Virus record (IMG/VR): IMGVR_UViG_3300011441_000035
Span: 1 to 25,485 of that record
Strand: one strand, 5' to 3'
Origin: a virus
Taxonomy: Duplodnaviria; Caudoviricetes
Length of the DNA: 25,485 bases
This document shows positions 1 to 8,600 of the stretch, piece after piece; the first letter of the stretch is position 1; the number at the start of each line of letters is the position of its first letter. A program made the translations under genes and the position numbers. Under the pieces are notes generated by a model. That model worked only from the letters and a program-made list of their open reading frames with translations, ran no database searches and was not told the DNA's origin.

Positions 1-149
1 ATCCCATCCGCCACCAGCCCAGCCACATCATCCGGCCCCCCCTGACTCAGCAGCGATCGATCCCGCCTATTGTCCACCCCCAGGAACCCCCCATCCAGAT
101 CCCTGCGGATTGGCGTATCCCACCCCACCGGCTGTAAGTTCCTCGGCAT
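1..149 (-). CDS. 5' part of a probable tail nozzle/stabilisation virion protein (runs off left edge)
   Basis: Manual translation from ATG at 149: MPRNLQPVGWDTPIRRDLDGGFLGVDNRRDRSLLSQGGPDDVAGLVADG..., open to the edge. The GGFxGVxxR start resembles podoviral nozzle (P22 gp10-like) N-termini. Function is inferred from position. Confidence 0.5.
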   Translation of the reverse strand, partial: MPRNLQPVGWDTPIRRDLDGGFLGVDNRRDRSLLSQGGPDDVAGLVADG

Positions 150-195
150 TAGTTCCAGTTTGTCCGTTCAGTCCGTTTCGTCCGTTCTTGTTGGT

Positions 196-1563
196 TCAAA
201 ATCGATAATTGTGGCAGTCAGTAAACACCCCTCCCGAAACCACCGCCGGCACTCCGGGCGCTGTCAGCACAGACGCCTCACCCACCCCCGATTTTAGACC
301 ACCCCGGAGGATGTTGTTTGCGAAGATATGTTTGCCGCCATACGCATAGAACCCGAAGGCCGCCCGGTCGCCAGGCGCCTTTAGGAACGTGTTGCCGGTT
401 ATCACCGAGCTGGGAGCGCCGTTGCAGAAAACCATTCTGTCCGCGCATCGCTGGATCGTGGAATCCGAGAAGACCACTTCCTCCGCCCCGTCGTAAATCT
501 GAACCCCAAAACTCCCGCAGTCGGTCACAACGTGGTTCGTGAACCTCCCCCTCTTCAGCCGGTGGATCGTAATGCCCACCCCCTTGATATTGGCCACCGT
601 CACATTCGAGGCCAGGTAATCCGAATAAAGCGGCACCCCGTCCTGCTCGCAGATTTCATCGATGTACTCCATACCGGCGCCGGCATTGCGGATGTGGATA
701 TTCGAGACGACGCCACGCTTCAGCCCCGCCAGCGAACAGGCGATATTGGTTATCCCATCCATCTCGATGTTTGAGATGACCATCCCGCACCCGAAAGGAT
801 TGTCCCGGCTCAACTGACTTTTGGTCGGATAGCACTGGGGATAGAAGGTTTCCAATCCGTTCAGCGCACAGTGCTCGATCTTCCCGTTGCAAATCCTCCC
901 GCCCAGGATGCCCTGGCCAATCCAGATCCCCGTGTTGGTAGTGAGATCATCCCCGGTGCCCCGCAGGTAGAAATTCTCGATGACTGGATCCGCGATGTCG
1001 CAATCGAGGAACATCCCCCGCCCCTTGAAATCGATGATCTCAGAGTTGCGGAATGTTAGGCTCAGGCACGGCGCCGCCCAGATCGCCCCGACATATTTCC
1101 ACCCATCATTGCAGTTTTGAATCCTGATGTTCTCGAGCAGCAGACCGCTTGGGTTGCTGTCGCAGTCCCCATAGACCGTGTGCCAGGTGTGAAACTCAGA
1201 ATCCAGCGTGATGTCCCGGATCGTGAGGTTCTTCGCGGCAGTCCAAAATGAGATGTTGTTCGGGTTTTCCTCCTTGATTGCCAGAGCCGTCGTGTGCTTG
1301 CCCAGACCACAGAGCACCGTGCCTGGCGCGGTCAGCTTGACCACCTCAGGCACGGTCAGCGGGAGCACCCCCTTCACATTCACGCAGATCATCCCCCCGA
1401 TCGGGAGCGCGCCCCGCATCTCCGCCTCCGTCGTCACACTCACGCCGAAACTCGACCCCCCGCCCGATGGCGGCCGCGCCGCTTCCCTCTCTGCGTACTC
1501 CTGCTCAGTCACCAGCCCCGCCGGTGCCTCGCCCGAAACTGTGATAACCACCGGATCGCTCAT
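196..1563 (-). CDS. Right-handed beta-helix (pectate-lyase-like) tailspike / putative depolymerase
   Basis: 455 aa. Short linker N-terminus, then beta-helix coils (NLTIRDITLD, LLLENIRIQN, VVSNIHIRN, SVITGNTF, IFANNILRG). Sits in the fibre cluster. Confidence 0.75.
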   Translation of the reverse strand: MSDPVVITVSGEAPAGLVTEQEYAEREAARPPSGGGSSFGVSVTTEAEMRGALPIGGMICVNVKGVLPLTVPEVVKLTAPGTVLCGLGKHTTALAIKEENPNNISFWTAAKNLTIRDITLDSEFHTWHTVYGDCDSNPSGLLLENIRIQNCNDGWKYVGAIWAAPCLSLTFRNSEIIDFKGRGMFLDCDIADPVIENFYLRGTGDDLTTNTGIWIGQGILGGRICNGKIEHCALNGLETFYPQCYPTKSQLSRDNPFGCGMVISNIEMDGITNIACSLAGLKRGVVSNIHIRNAGAGMEYIDEICEQDGVPLYSDYLASNVTVANIKGVGITIHRLKRGRFTNHVVTDCGSFGVQIYDGAEEVVFSDSTIQRCADRMVFCNGAPSSVITGNTFLKAPGDRAAFGFYAYGGKHIFANNILRGGLKSGVGEASVLTAPGVPAVVSGGVFTDCHNYRF

Positions 1564-1611
1564 TTTTCAGTCTTTCTGTCTTCTGTCCTCTGTCCTCCTT
1601 CTGATTCCCCC

Positions 1612-4203
1612 TCAGTGGCTCACCCACGCCGTCCCGTTGTGGAAAACCGGACACGCCACCGCCCCGCCGCCCGTCAGCGCACCCAGGTACGTCGGCGCCT
1701 TCGCATCCGTCACATACGCCGTCATCCCCACCGTCCCCGCCGGCAGCGTCGCCACCTTGTATCCTGCCAGCGTCACCGGCCCAGCGGTGGCCGCCGGCGC
1801 GCTCCGCAGCGTCGCCACGTCCAGGATCCCTCCCGTCATTGAAAGACCGCTCCCGATGGCGATCACCTGCGGCTTACCCGTCGATCCCGGCGCTCTCCCC
1901 AGCAACGTGCTCGGCGCCTGGTCCGGCATCACCGAGTACGCCAGCGTCCCCGCCGTGATGTTCGTGGCATCAATCCCAGTCCCCACCTTGCTCCCGCCCA
2001 GGCTCCCGTCCGCCAGGTCCTGCAGGTCCGCGTCCAGTTGCGCATTCGGCAGCGTCCCCGTCGTGATGTTGCTCGCGTTTATCCCTACTCCCACCTTAGA
2101 CCCCACCACACTCGCGATCGTGAGCGTGTCAGGCGTGGCCGAGAGACTGAATTCCCCTGGCGAGATCGTTATCGCCTTGTCCGCCGGCCCGCTCCCTACT
2201 CCCGTTCTTACGTAAAATTGGTTTTGCGTGAGTGTCAGATTGCCTATCGCCGCCAGGTCCGCGTCCAGTTGCGCATTCGGCAGCGTGCCAGTCGTGATGT
2301 TTGTCGCATTGATCCCCGTCCCCACCTTGCTCCCGGTCAGCGTCCCATCCGCCAGGTCCGCCAGGTGCATGTTCGCCGGCTGGTAGATGTTCACCAGCGC
2401 GAGCGTCCCCCCGCTCACTGTGAAGTCCCCGCTCACTCCTATCTCCTGCGGCGCCCCCGTGCTTCCCGTATGCCGCCCGATCAGTTTCGAGCCCGTCACC
2501 GGTGCCATCTTCGCCAGCGTCACCGCGCCGGTGTCTATCGTCATCGTCGTCCCGCTCCCGCCCACTACCACATCACCATAGTCATTGTCAGTTAGCCCGC
2601 CGCTCCCGCCACTACCCCCACCGCTCACCACCGTTTCCGCCCCGGCAGAATTTTTCGAGTACAGCAGCCCGTCCGTTTTCCCGTACAGCCGGATATAGCC
2701 AGCCGGCGCCGCGCCTGGCGGCGTTATCGTGGCTATGTTCACTATGCCATCGGTCAGAGTCACCGTCGTCCCCTGCACCGCGTCCTGAAATACCGTCAAC
2801 ATGTTGAACGTGTTCGTTCCGGTAAAATTGTTGTCCCCATTGTCGTAGGCGGGATTGCTGTCCGTCACCGCGGTATCCAGCTGCGCCTTCGTCATGCTCA
2901 GCCGCGCCGGATGCAGCGTCCCCGTCGTGATGTTTGTCGCATCTATCCCCGTCCCCACCTTGCTCCCGGTCAGGCTCCCGTCCGCCAGGTCCACCAGGTC
3001 CGCGTCCAGCCGCGCATTTGGCAGCGTCCCCGTTGTGATGTTGTTCGCGTTTATCCCGCCTCCCACCAGGTTCCCCGGCACACTCGCTATTGATAGCACA
3101 TTGTCCGTCAGCGTGAATTCCCCCGGGTTTATCGTCACCGTTGCATCCGCATGCCCGGGCCCCGGCCCCGTCCTCGCGTAGAATTGGTTTTGCTCCAGCG
3201 TCAGGTTGCCTATCGCGGTCAGATCGTCATCCAGCCGCGCATTCGGCAGCTTCCCCGCCGTTATGTTCGTCGCATCTATCCCCGGCCCCACCTTGCTCCC
3301 GGTCAGGCTCCCGTCCGCCAAGTCCGTCAGATCCGGGTCTATCGCCTGATAGTCATTCGCCAGCTCCATCGTCCCGGTCGTCAGGGTGAAGTCCGGCCCT
3401 ATCTTCATCGTGTGCGTCACAGGCCCCGGCCCCGGATCCCTGCGGATGTAGAATTGATTTTGCAGCAGCGGAAGATTCGCCATCCCGGTTAATTGAGGAC
3501 TCAGCGGCTGGTATGGCGTCACCAGCGTCAGCACCCCGCCCGCCACAGAGAATTCCCCACTCGTCAGCGTGATTTCCTGCGCCGGCCCCGGCCCCACAGA
3601 ATACCTCCCCAGCAGCACCGTAGGGTTTACCGGCGTGATGTCACCCAGCCCTATCGCTTCCTCCACCACATCCGCCGTCAGCGTCCCGCTTATCGTCAGG
3701 TTCCCCGGTATTAATACATCCCCGTTGTTCAGGATCGTCATCGCCTGCGTCCCACCGTTATTCCCCACGCGGAAATGCATGTCCGCTCCCGTGGCGCCCA
3801 CCCCCGTCGTCGTCTTCAGCACCAGATCGCTCGTCGCCGCCGTCCCCCCTATCACCAGGGGCGTCCGGATGTCCGTCAGGAACGTCGGCTGCACCGCGAA
3901 CACCGCCGCCCCCGCCCCCGTCTCATCGCTCAGATTCAGCCGCAGCCCCTCACTCGTCGTCAGCCTCAGGGCTATCAGCGTCTCCGTCCCCAGCATCCCC
4001 TTCGCTCGCCCGTTCGGATCCGCGCTCGTGTCGTCCTTGTCCCACACATAAAACTTGTCCGCCACCAGATCAAACCCCTCCCCCGTCTGCACCAGAAACG
4101 TGTCCAGCGTCGTCTGTTGCCCCCACGCCTGGCCCGCCACCATCCACAGCAGCGCCCACAGCCACTTCCCGCCCATATTCAGTTTCATTTTCAGGTTTTT
4201 CAC
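1612..4203 (-). CDS. Long Gly/Thr-rich repetitive fibre/adhesin-like protein with signal-peptide-like N-terminus
   Basis: 863 aa. Repeated LADGSLTGSKVGTGIDATNITTGTLPNAxLDADL units and GRxxxxxGxxQEI motifs. C-terminus PVFHNGTAW is fibre-like. Start may be GTG 4203, ATG 4188 or ATG 4176. Confidence 0.7.
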   Translation of the reverse strand: MKNLKMKLNMGGKWLWALLWMVAGQAWGQQTTLDTFLVQTGEGFDLVADKFYVWDKDDTSADPNGRAKGMLGTETLIALRLTTSEGLRLNLSDETGAGAAVFAVQPTFLTDIRTPLVIGGTAATSDLVLKTTTGVGATGADMHFRVGNNGGTQAMTILNNGDVLIPGNLTISGTLTADVVEEAIGLGDITPVNPTVLLGRYSVGPGPAQEITLTSGEFSVAGGVLTLVTPYQPLSPQLTGMANLPLLQNQFYIRRDPGPGPVTHTMKIGPDFTLTTGTMELANDYQAIDPDLTDLADGSLTGSKVGPGIDATNITAGKLPNARLDDDLTAIGNLTLEQNQFYARTGPGPGHADATVTINPGEFTLTDNVLSIASVPGNLVGGGINANNITTGTLPNARLDADLVDLADGSLTGSKVGTGIDATNITTGTLHPARLSMTKAQLDTAVTDSNPAYDNGDNNFTGTNTFNMLTVFQDAVQGTTVTLTDGIVNIATITPPGAAPAGYIRLYGKTDGLLYSKNSAGAETVVSGGGSGGSGGLTDNDYGDVVVGGSGTTMTIDTGAVTLAKMAPVTGSKLIGRHTGSTGAPQEIGVSGDFTVSGGTLALVNIYQPANMHLADLADGTLTGSKVGTGINATNITTGTLPNAQLDADLAAIGNLTLTQNQFYVRTGVGSGPADKAITISPGEFSLSATPDTLTIASVVGSKVGVGINASNITTGTLPNAQLDADLQDLADGSLGGSKVGTGIDATNITAGTLAYSVMPDQAPSTLLGRAPGSTGKPQVIAIGSGLSMTGGILDVATLRSAPAATAGPVTLAGYKVATLPAGTVGMTAYVTDAKAPTYLGALTGGGAVACPVFHNGTAWVSH

Positions 4204-4457
4204 TTCCGGCTTCCGACTTCCGCCATCCGTCCTCCGACCTCCGCCATCCGTCCTCCGTCCTCCGTCCTCCGTCCTCCGTCCTCCTCCTGCTTCTTCTGAC
4301 CTAGTACCGCCTGCTGCTGCCGGTTATAGATCAGCATCCCCTGGACCTGGCCAAGTTGGGCGACGGCGCCCTGCAGTTGGTCCCTTTGGGCCATGAGGTT
4401 CGTTTCGTCGTCCTTCAGCATCTCGAGCGTGTACATAAAAGGTAATTTTGATTTCAA
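4200..4457 (-). CDS. Small coiled-coil protein, possible fibre assembly chaperone
   Basis: Heptad pattern LMAQRDQLQGAVAQLGQVQGML. Overlaps both neighbours. The last ~27 aa are translated heptamer repeat. Confidence 0.55.
   Translation of the reverse strand: MKSKLPFMYTLEMLKDDETNLMAQRDQLQGAVAQLGQVQGMLIYNRQQQAVLGQKKQEEDGGRRTEDGGRMAEVGGRMAEVGSRK
4203..4279. repeat. 11 tandem heptamers c(c/t/a)tccgN
   Basis: cttccgg cttccga cttccgc catccgt cctccga cctccgc catccgt (cctccgt)x4. The same family occurs at ~8551-8591, 12792-12857 and 13892-13926. Confidence 0.9.
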
Positions 4458-6322
4458 ACCGCGACCGCAGACAGCGCCCCGCCATTGGCCACCGTTATGC
4501 GATACCGTGTTAAATTAGGCGACTTCAGGATGTAGCCCGTCCCCCCCGTCACCAGCTCCACATCGCCAGACGCAATGATTTTCTTCTCCACATAGAGCCC
4601 GCCGAACGTCTTCAGCGACGCCACCCCCGCCGCCGTCGCCTCGGTCGCGTTGGTCACTGCCGTGGGATGGCCAAACTGTATCGCGGAGGTCGTTCCAGTC
4701 CCGCTGGACCCGTTGAACGTTGCGATTCCCGCCGCATCCACATACAGCCCCATCCAGTTGTTCGCATCGTAGTAGGCCGCGATCTGGTGGATGGTTTGAG
4801 CCGTCGCCTGCACCCGTGCCGCGCGATTGTCGAACGCTCCCAGGAGCAGGTTGTGCCCGTTGTCCACATACCCCTCACTCAGATGCAGCCCGATCTTCCC
4901 GTTTTGACTGTCGAAAATGAAGAAATCCCTCGCCGTCGCGCCAGCGTAGCCGATGCCATAGATCCACTCCGCGTTCGGCTTCTTGAGTGCGTTGTAAAAC
5001 TGTACGTCCGCCGTCGTCTCCGCCCTGATAATGTTTGAAGCACCAGAGAGTGCCATGATGTGGAGAGAAGCAGCGGGCGTAAGTGTCCCAAATCCAATTT
5101 GGCCATACTGGTTGCACACGATGCGCCCGTTCCCCCCGCCGTCCGCGATGATGATGTGGTTAGTGAGATCCGCAGGCAGCCCGTAGACATTCGCCCCAAT
5201 GATCGTGTTGTTGTGCCCCGTGACGATTCCGCCCCCTGACTTGTAACCAACGACGGTGTTGTAACCCAAGGCGATGTCGTTCTTGTTAATGTCGTAGAGA
5301 GCTTGGTAGCCGACCACGGTACTGCCGCTGCACGCCAACTCGGAAACCATTGCAGTGCGCCCGATGACGACATTGTAATTGCCGCTCATCAGTCCGGCCG
5401 CGGCACTCTGACCGAAGGCACAGTTTTCATGCAGAGGCAACGGCGTTGGGACGGCGGGTGGAGGCGGTTGTGTCGCTCCCCCGTGTTGCAGAGCATTGGT
5501 GCCAACAACGGTGTTGAAGCCCCCTGTGATGTTGTTGTTGAGGGCCGCGAACCCGATGGCGGTGTTGTTGGCGGCAGTGGTGCCTTGTTGCCCCGCGTTG
5601 GCGCCGAAGTACGAGTTGTTGCTGCCCTCGTTCCACATGCCAGAGGCGCAGCCGTAGAAGGCAACGTGTTCGCCCCCCAATGCATAGACGCCACAGTCGG
5701 TCCCGAACATGCAGTTATAGTTGCCGCCCGTGAACCGCCATCCCGCACCGCACCCGACAAAAGTATTGTGGTATTCGCTGGTGAGTTGCAGACCGGACAG
5801 CGTTCCCACAATCGTAGTCTGAGTGCCGTTGCTCATCCTTTCACCAGCATTTGGCCCGATCAGCACGTTGTTGTTTCCGGTGGTCAGCGCCAGACCAGCA
5901 TCGACGCCAATGACCACATTCTGTGTGCCGTTCCACTCGTAAGGCGTGGTCAGCATCCCGTCCACGGGATCAATGGGGTTGAGTTCGGAGCCTCCGCCGG
6001 CTACACCCCTGGTTATCAGGGTGCCGCCATTGCCCACGACAAGAGACGCAGGCCAGGCTTCTTCACTTACGTGCGTGAAGCCGACGCGAATTGCCGCGGT
6101 CACTGCTCCATCCACACTCGGGAATTTCACCGCCCCCGTCCCACTCGGGCGCAGCGTGATGTCTTTATTCGTCCCCTTCGCCGCGATCATCAGCGCCCCC
6201 GCGCTTCCCGTTATCTCCGCCGGCGTCGCCGCCGTTCCCACACGCATTCCCACATCAGGCAATGCCAGCACCCCACCACACATAAAGGTGTCGATATCCT
6301 CCGAAACAATAACGTCAGGCAT
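4454..6322 (-). CDS. Tail fibre protein, paralogue B (NTAIG/NTVVG beta-roll repeats)
   Basis: 622 aa. ~14-aa repeats (NVVIG, NTFVG, NTAIG, NTVVG) typical of YadA-like/fibre beta-rolls. Has the GQIGFGTLTPAASLHI trimer motif. C-terminus ILKSPNLTRYRITVANGGAL. Confidence 0.8.
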   Translation of the reverse strand: MPDVIVSEDIDTFMCGGVLALPDVGMRVGTAATPAEITGSAGALMIAAKGTNKDITLRPSGTGAVKFPSVDGAVTAAIRVGFTHVSEEAWPASLVVGNGGTLITRGVAGGGSELNPIDPVDGMLTTPYEWNGTQNVVIGVDAGLALTTGNNNVLIGPNAGERMSNGTQTTIVGTLSGLQLTSEYHNTFVGCGAGWRFTGGNYNCMFGTDCGVYALGGEHVAFYGCASGMWNEGSNNSYFGANAGQQGTTAANNTAIGFAALNNNITGGFNTVVGTNALQHGGATQPPPPAVPTPLPLHENCAFGQSAAAGLMSGNYNVVIGRTAMVSELACSGSTVVGYQALYDINKNDIALGYNTVVGYKSGGGIVTGHNNTIIGANVYGLPADLTNHIIIADGGGNGRIVCNQYGQIGFGTLTPAASLHIMALSGASNIIRAETTADVQFYNALKKPNAEWIYGIGYAGATARDFFIFDSQNGKIGLHLSEGYVDNGHNLLLGAFDNRAARVQATAQTIHQIAAYYDANNWMGLYVDAAGIATFNGSSGTGTTSAIQFGHPTAVTNATEATAAGVASLKTFGGLYVEKKIIASGDVELVTGGTGYILKSPNLTRYRITVANGGALSAVAV

Positions 6323-6329
6323 AATTTTC

Positions 6330-8237
6330 TCAGTTGTTCGTCGTCTTGGCGTGGAGGTAGTAAATGGTGCCGTCGATTTCCAACTCGATGGTGCGGTTCG
6401 GAGAGGTCGGCGTGACCGCTAACGCCCGTCCCACCCTGAACGCAGTCGGCGTCGTGCCAGCCGGAGATCCCGTCGTCATCGACGTTGCCGTGATGATCTT
6501 CTTCTCAGCCTGGATGCCGCCGAAACAACGCAACGCGCCCACACCCGCAGTCGTCGCCTCGGTGCTGTCAGTGACCACGGTCAAATGACCCAGATGAATC
6601 TTCGCGAAAGCCCCCCCAAGACCACTTGATCCGGTAAACGTCGCAATACCCGCCGAATCAACGTAGATGCCCATGTAGTTGACCGGATCATAATACGCAG
6701 CGATCTGCATGATGGTCGTAGCGGTCGATTGAAGGCGCGCAGCACGGTTGTCAAAGTTGCCCAGGATCAGATTGTGCCCGTTGTCCACGATCGCCTCACT
6801 CAGGTGCAGTCCGACCTTGCCGTTTTGGCTGTCGAAGATGAAGAAGTCCTTGGAGGTCGGTCCCGCGTAGCCAATGCCATAAAGCCATTCAGCACCGGCA
6901 TTCTTCAGCATCGCATAGATGGAGGCCACAGGAGAGGCTGGATTGTGAAGGATCTGGGCCATGCTGACGCCAGTGCCAGTCACCACATGCAGCGCCGCCG
7001 TCGGCGCCGCGATCCCCATCCCCACCTTCCCCGTCCCGTCCACATTGATCCGCTGGTTCCCCGTGCCATCGGCGATGATGATGTTGTTCGACAAGCCGGG
7101 AGCCAGGCCAGTCACTCGAGCGCCGATGATGGTGTTGTCAGTGCCGGTGACAATTCCCCGCCCCGTGTTGTAGCCGATGGCGGTGTTGTGTCCGTAATAC
7201 GTGTTGTTGTTGCGTTGGTCGAATAGCGCCCGGTGGCCCACCGCCACGTTTCCTTCGGAGATAGTCTCGGTGCCCAACGCTTGCAGACCGATGGCCACAT
7301 TGTAATTGCCCTCCGTCATCGCACCCAGCGTGCCCTGACCAAGGGCGGTGTTCTCATGGGCGACAGTGGCAAGAGCAAGAGAATTGGCCCCGACGACGGT
7401 ATTGAAGGTGCCGGTCAGGCAGGCATTGAGCGCCGCGAAGCCAACGGCGGTATTCGTCTGTCCGGAGCGATTCTGCTGTCCCGCAACGGCACCGATGTAG
7501 GTGTTGAAGTCGCCATGATGATCGGTGACAATAGGCGGACCTGGATCGAGAACATTGGCGGGCTCATTCCACTGTCCTGCCCCAGATCCCACAAAGGTGC
7601 AATGGGTGCCTCCCTTGGCATAGAGCCCGCAGTCGGTCCCGACCATCACATTGTAGTGACCCTCTTCATGGTCCCACCCGGCGAACGCCCCGATAAAGGT
7701 GTTGTGGTAGGAAGTGGTGGCCTTGAAGCCGGCCACACAGCCGATGAACGTGTTCTGAGTGCCGATCGAATTGACCTTCCCGGCAGCAGCACCCACGAAA
7801 GTGTTGTTATTGCCGGAAGAGTTGGCCAGACCAGCGTCGATGCCGATGATGACATTCTGCGTGCCGTTCCATTCATAAAGCTGATCCAACATCCCGTCGA
7901 TCGGGTCGATCGGGTTGGGCAGACCGTGAGTCAAAAGCGTGCCGCCATTTCCCAGGACAAGAGAAGCCGGCCACGTTTGAGAGCCGGCATGAGTGAAGGC
8001 GACGCGCAGATCGGCGCAGGTGGCCCCATCGACGCTGGGGAATTTGACACACCCTTTCCCGCTCGGATCCAGAATGATGTCCTTGTCCGTCCCCCTGGCC
8101 GCTATCGTCAGCGCCCCCTCGCTTCCCGTCATCTCCACCGGCGTCGTCGCCCCCACACGTATTCCCACGTCCGGCAATGCCAGCACCCCGCCCGACATAA
8201 AGGTGTCGATGTTATTTGAACAGGTCAAGTCAGGCAT
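6330..8237 (-). CDS. Tail fibre protein, paralogue A
   Basis: 635 aa, colinear with 4454-6322 (shared FMxGGVLALPDVG, YEWNGTQNVxIG, DFFIFDSQNGKxGLHLSE, VDNGHNL). Different last ~50 aa. Confidence 0.8.
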   Translation of the reverse strand: MPDLTCSNNIDTFMSGGVLALPDVGIRVGATTPVEMTGSEGALTIAARGTDKDIILDPSGKGCVKFPSVDGATCADLRVAFTHAGSQTWPASLVLGNGGTLLTHGLPNPIDPIDGMLDQLYEWNGTQNVIIGIDAGLANSSGNNNTFVGAAAGKVNSIGTQNTFIGCVAGFKATTSYHNTFIGAFAGWDHEEGHYNVMVGTDCGLYAKGGTHCTFVGSGAGQWNEPANVLDPGPPIVTDHHGDFNTYIGAVAGQQNRSGQTNTAVGFAALNACLTGTFNTVVGANSLALATVAHENTALGQGTLGAMTEGNYNVAIGLQALGTETISEGNVAVGHRALFDQRNNNTYYGHNTAIGYNTGRGIVTGTDNTIIGARVTGLAPGLSNNIIIADGTGNQRINVDGTGKVGMGIAAPTAALHVVTGTGVSMAQILHNPASPVASIYAMLKNAGAEWLYGIGYAGPTSKDFFIFDSQNGKVGLHLSEAIVDNGHNLILGNFDNRAARLQSTATTIMQIAAYYDPVNYMGIYVDSAGIATFTGSSGLGGAFAKIHLGHLTVVTDSTEATTAGVGALRCFGGIQAEKKIITATSMTTGSPAGTTPTAFRVGRALAVTPTSPNRTIELEIDGTIYYLHAKTTNN

Positions 8238-8242
8238 AAGCG

Positions 8243-8521
8243 TCAGAAATACTCATAATCCACGATCACCCCAGCCCCCGCGCTGCTGAACCACAGTTGC
8301 GATTTCGTCGGGATGAAGACTGGCGCTGTCCCCACCGCGATCGGCAACCCCACCTCCGCCGCCGTCCCGCCTATGATCCCGCCCGATTTCCCGCACGTCA
8401 CCACCCCCGCCGTCCCGTTCACTATCGCGCAGTAGCTAAAGCTCTGCACCGCTCCGCTCGTTCCTACCGCCCTCGCCGGCGCCGGATACGCCGTGTTCGC
8501 TGCTGTCAATGTTACTCTCAT
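8243..8521 (-). CDS. Small beta-rich hypothetical protein, probably virion-associated
   Basis: 92 aa with typical local codon bias, directly upstream of the fibre genes. Confidence 0.6.
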   Translation of the reverse strand: MRVTLTAANTAYPAPARAVGTSGAVQSFSYCAIVNGTAGVVTCGKSGGIIGGTAAEVGLPIAVGTAPVFIPTKSQLWFSSAGAGVIVDYEYF

Positions 8522-8600
8522 AGGTTCTTCAGGTTTCAGTTTTCAGGTTTCCCGTCCTCAGTCTTTCCGTCCTCCGTCCTCCGTCTTCCGCGTCCTCAGG

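Noticed and set aside
1900-3400. CRISPR-like array
   Set aside because: Repeats are in-frame protein repeats with synonymous variation. The short tandem arrays have no spacers and there are no cas genes.
4454-8237. Diversity-generating retroelement or shufflon acting on the fibre pair
   Set aside because: No reverse transcriptase or recombinase in the window. Differences are not adenine-specific, and no inverted cassettes are present.
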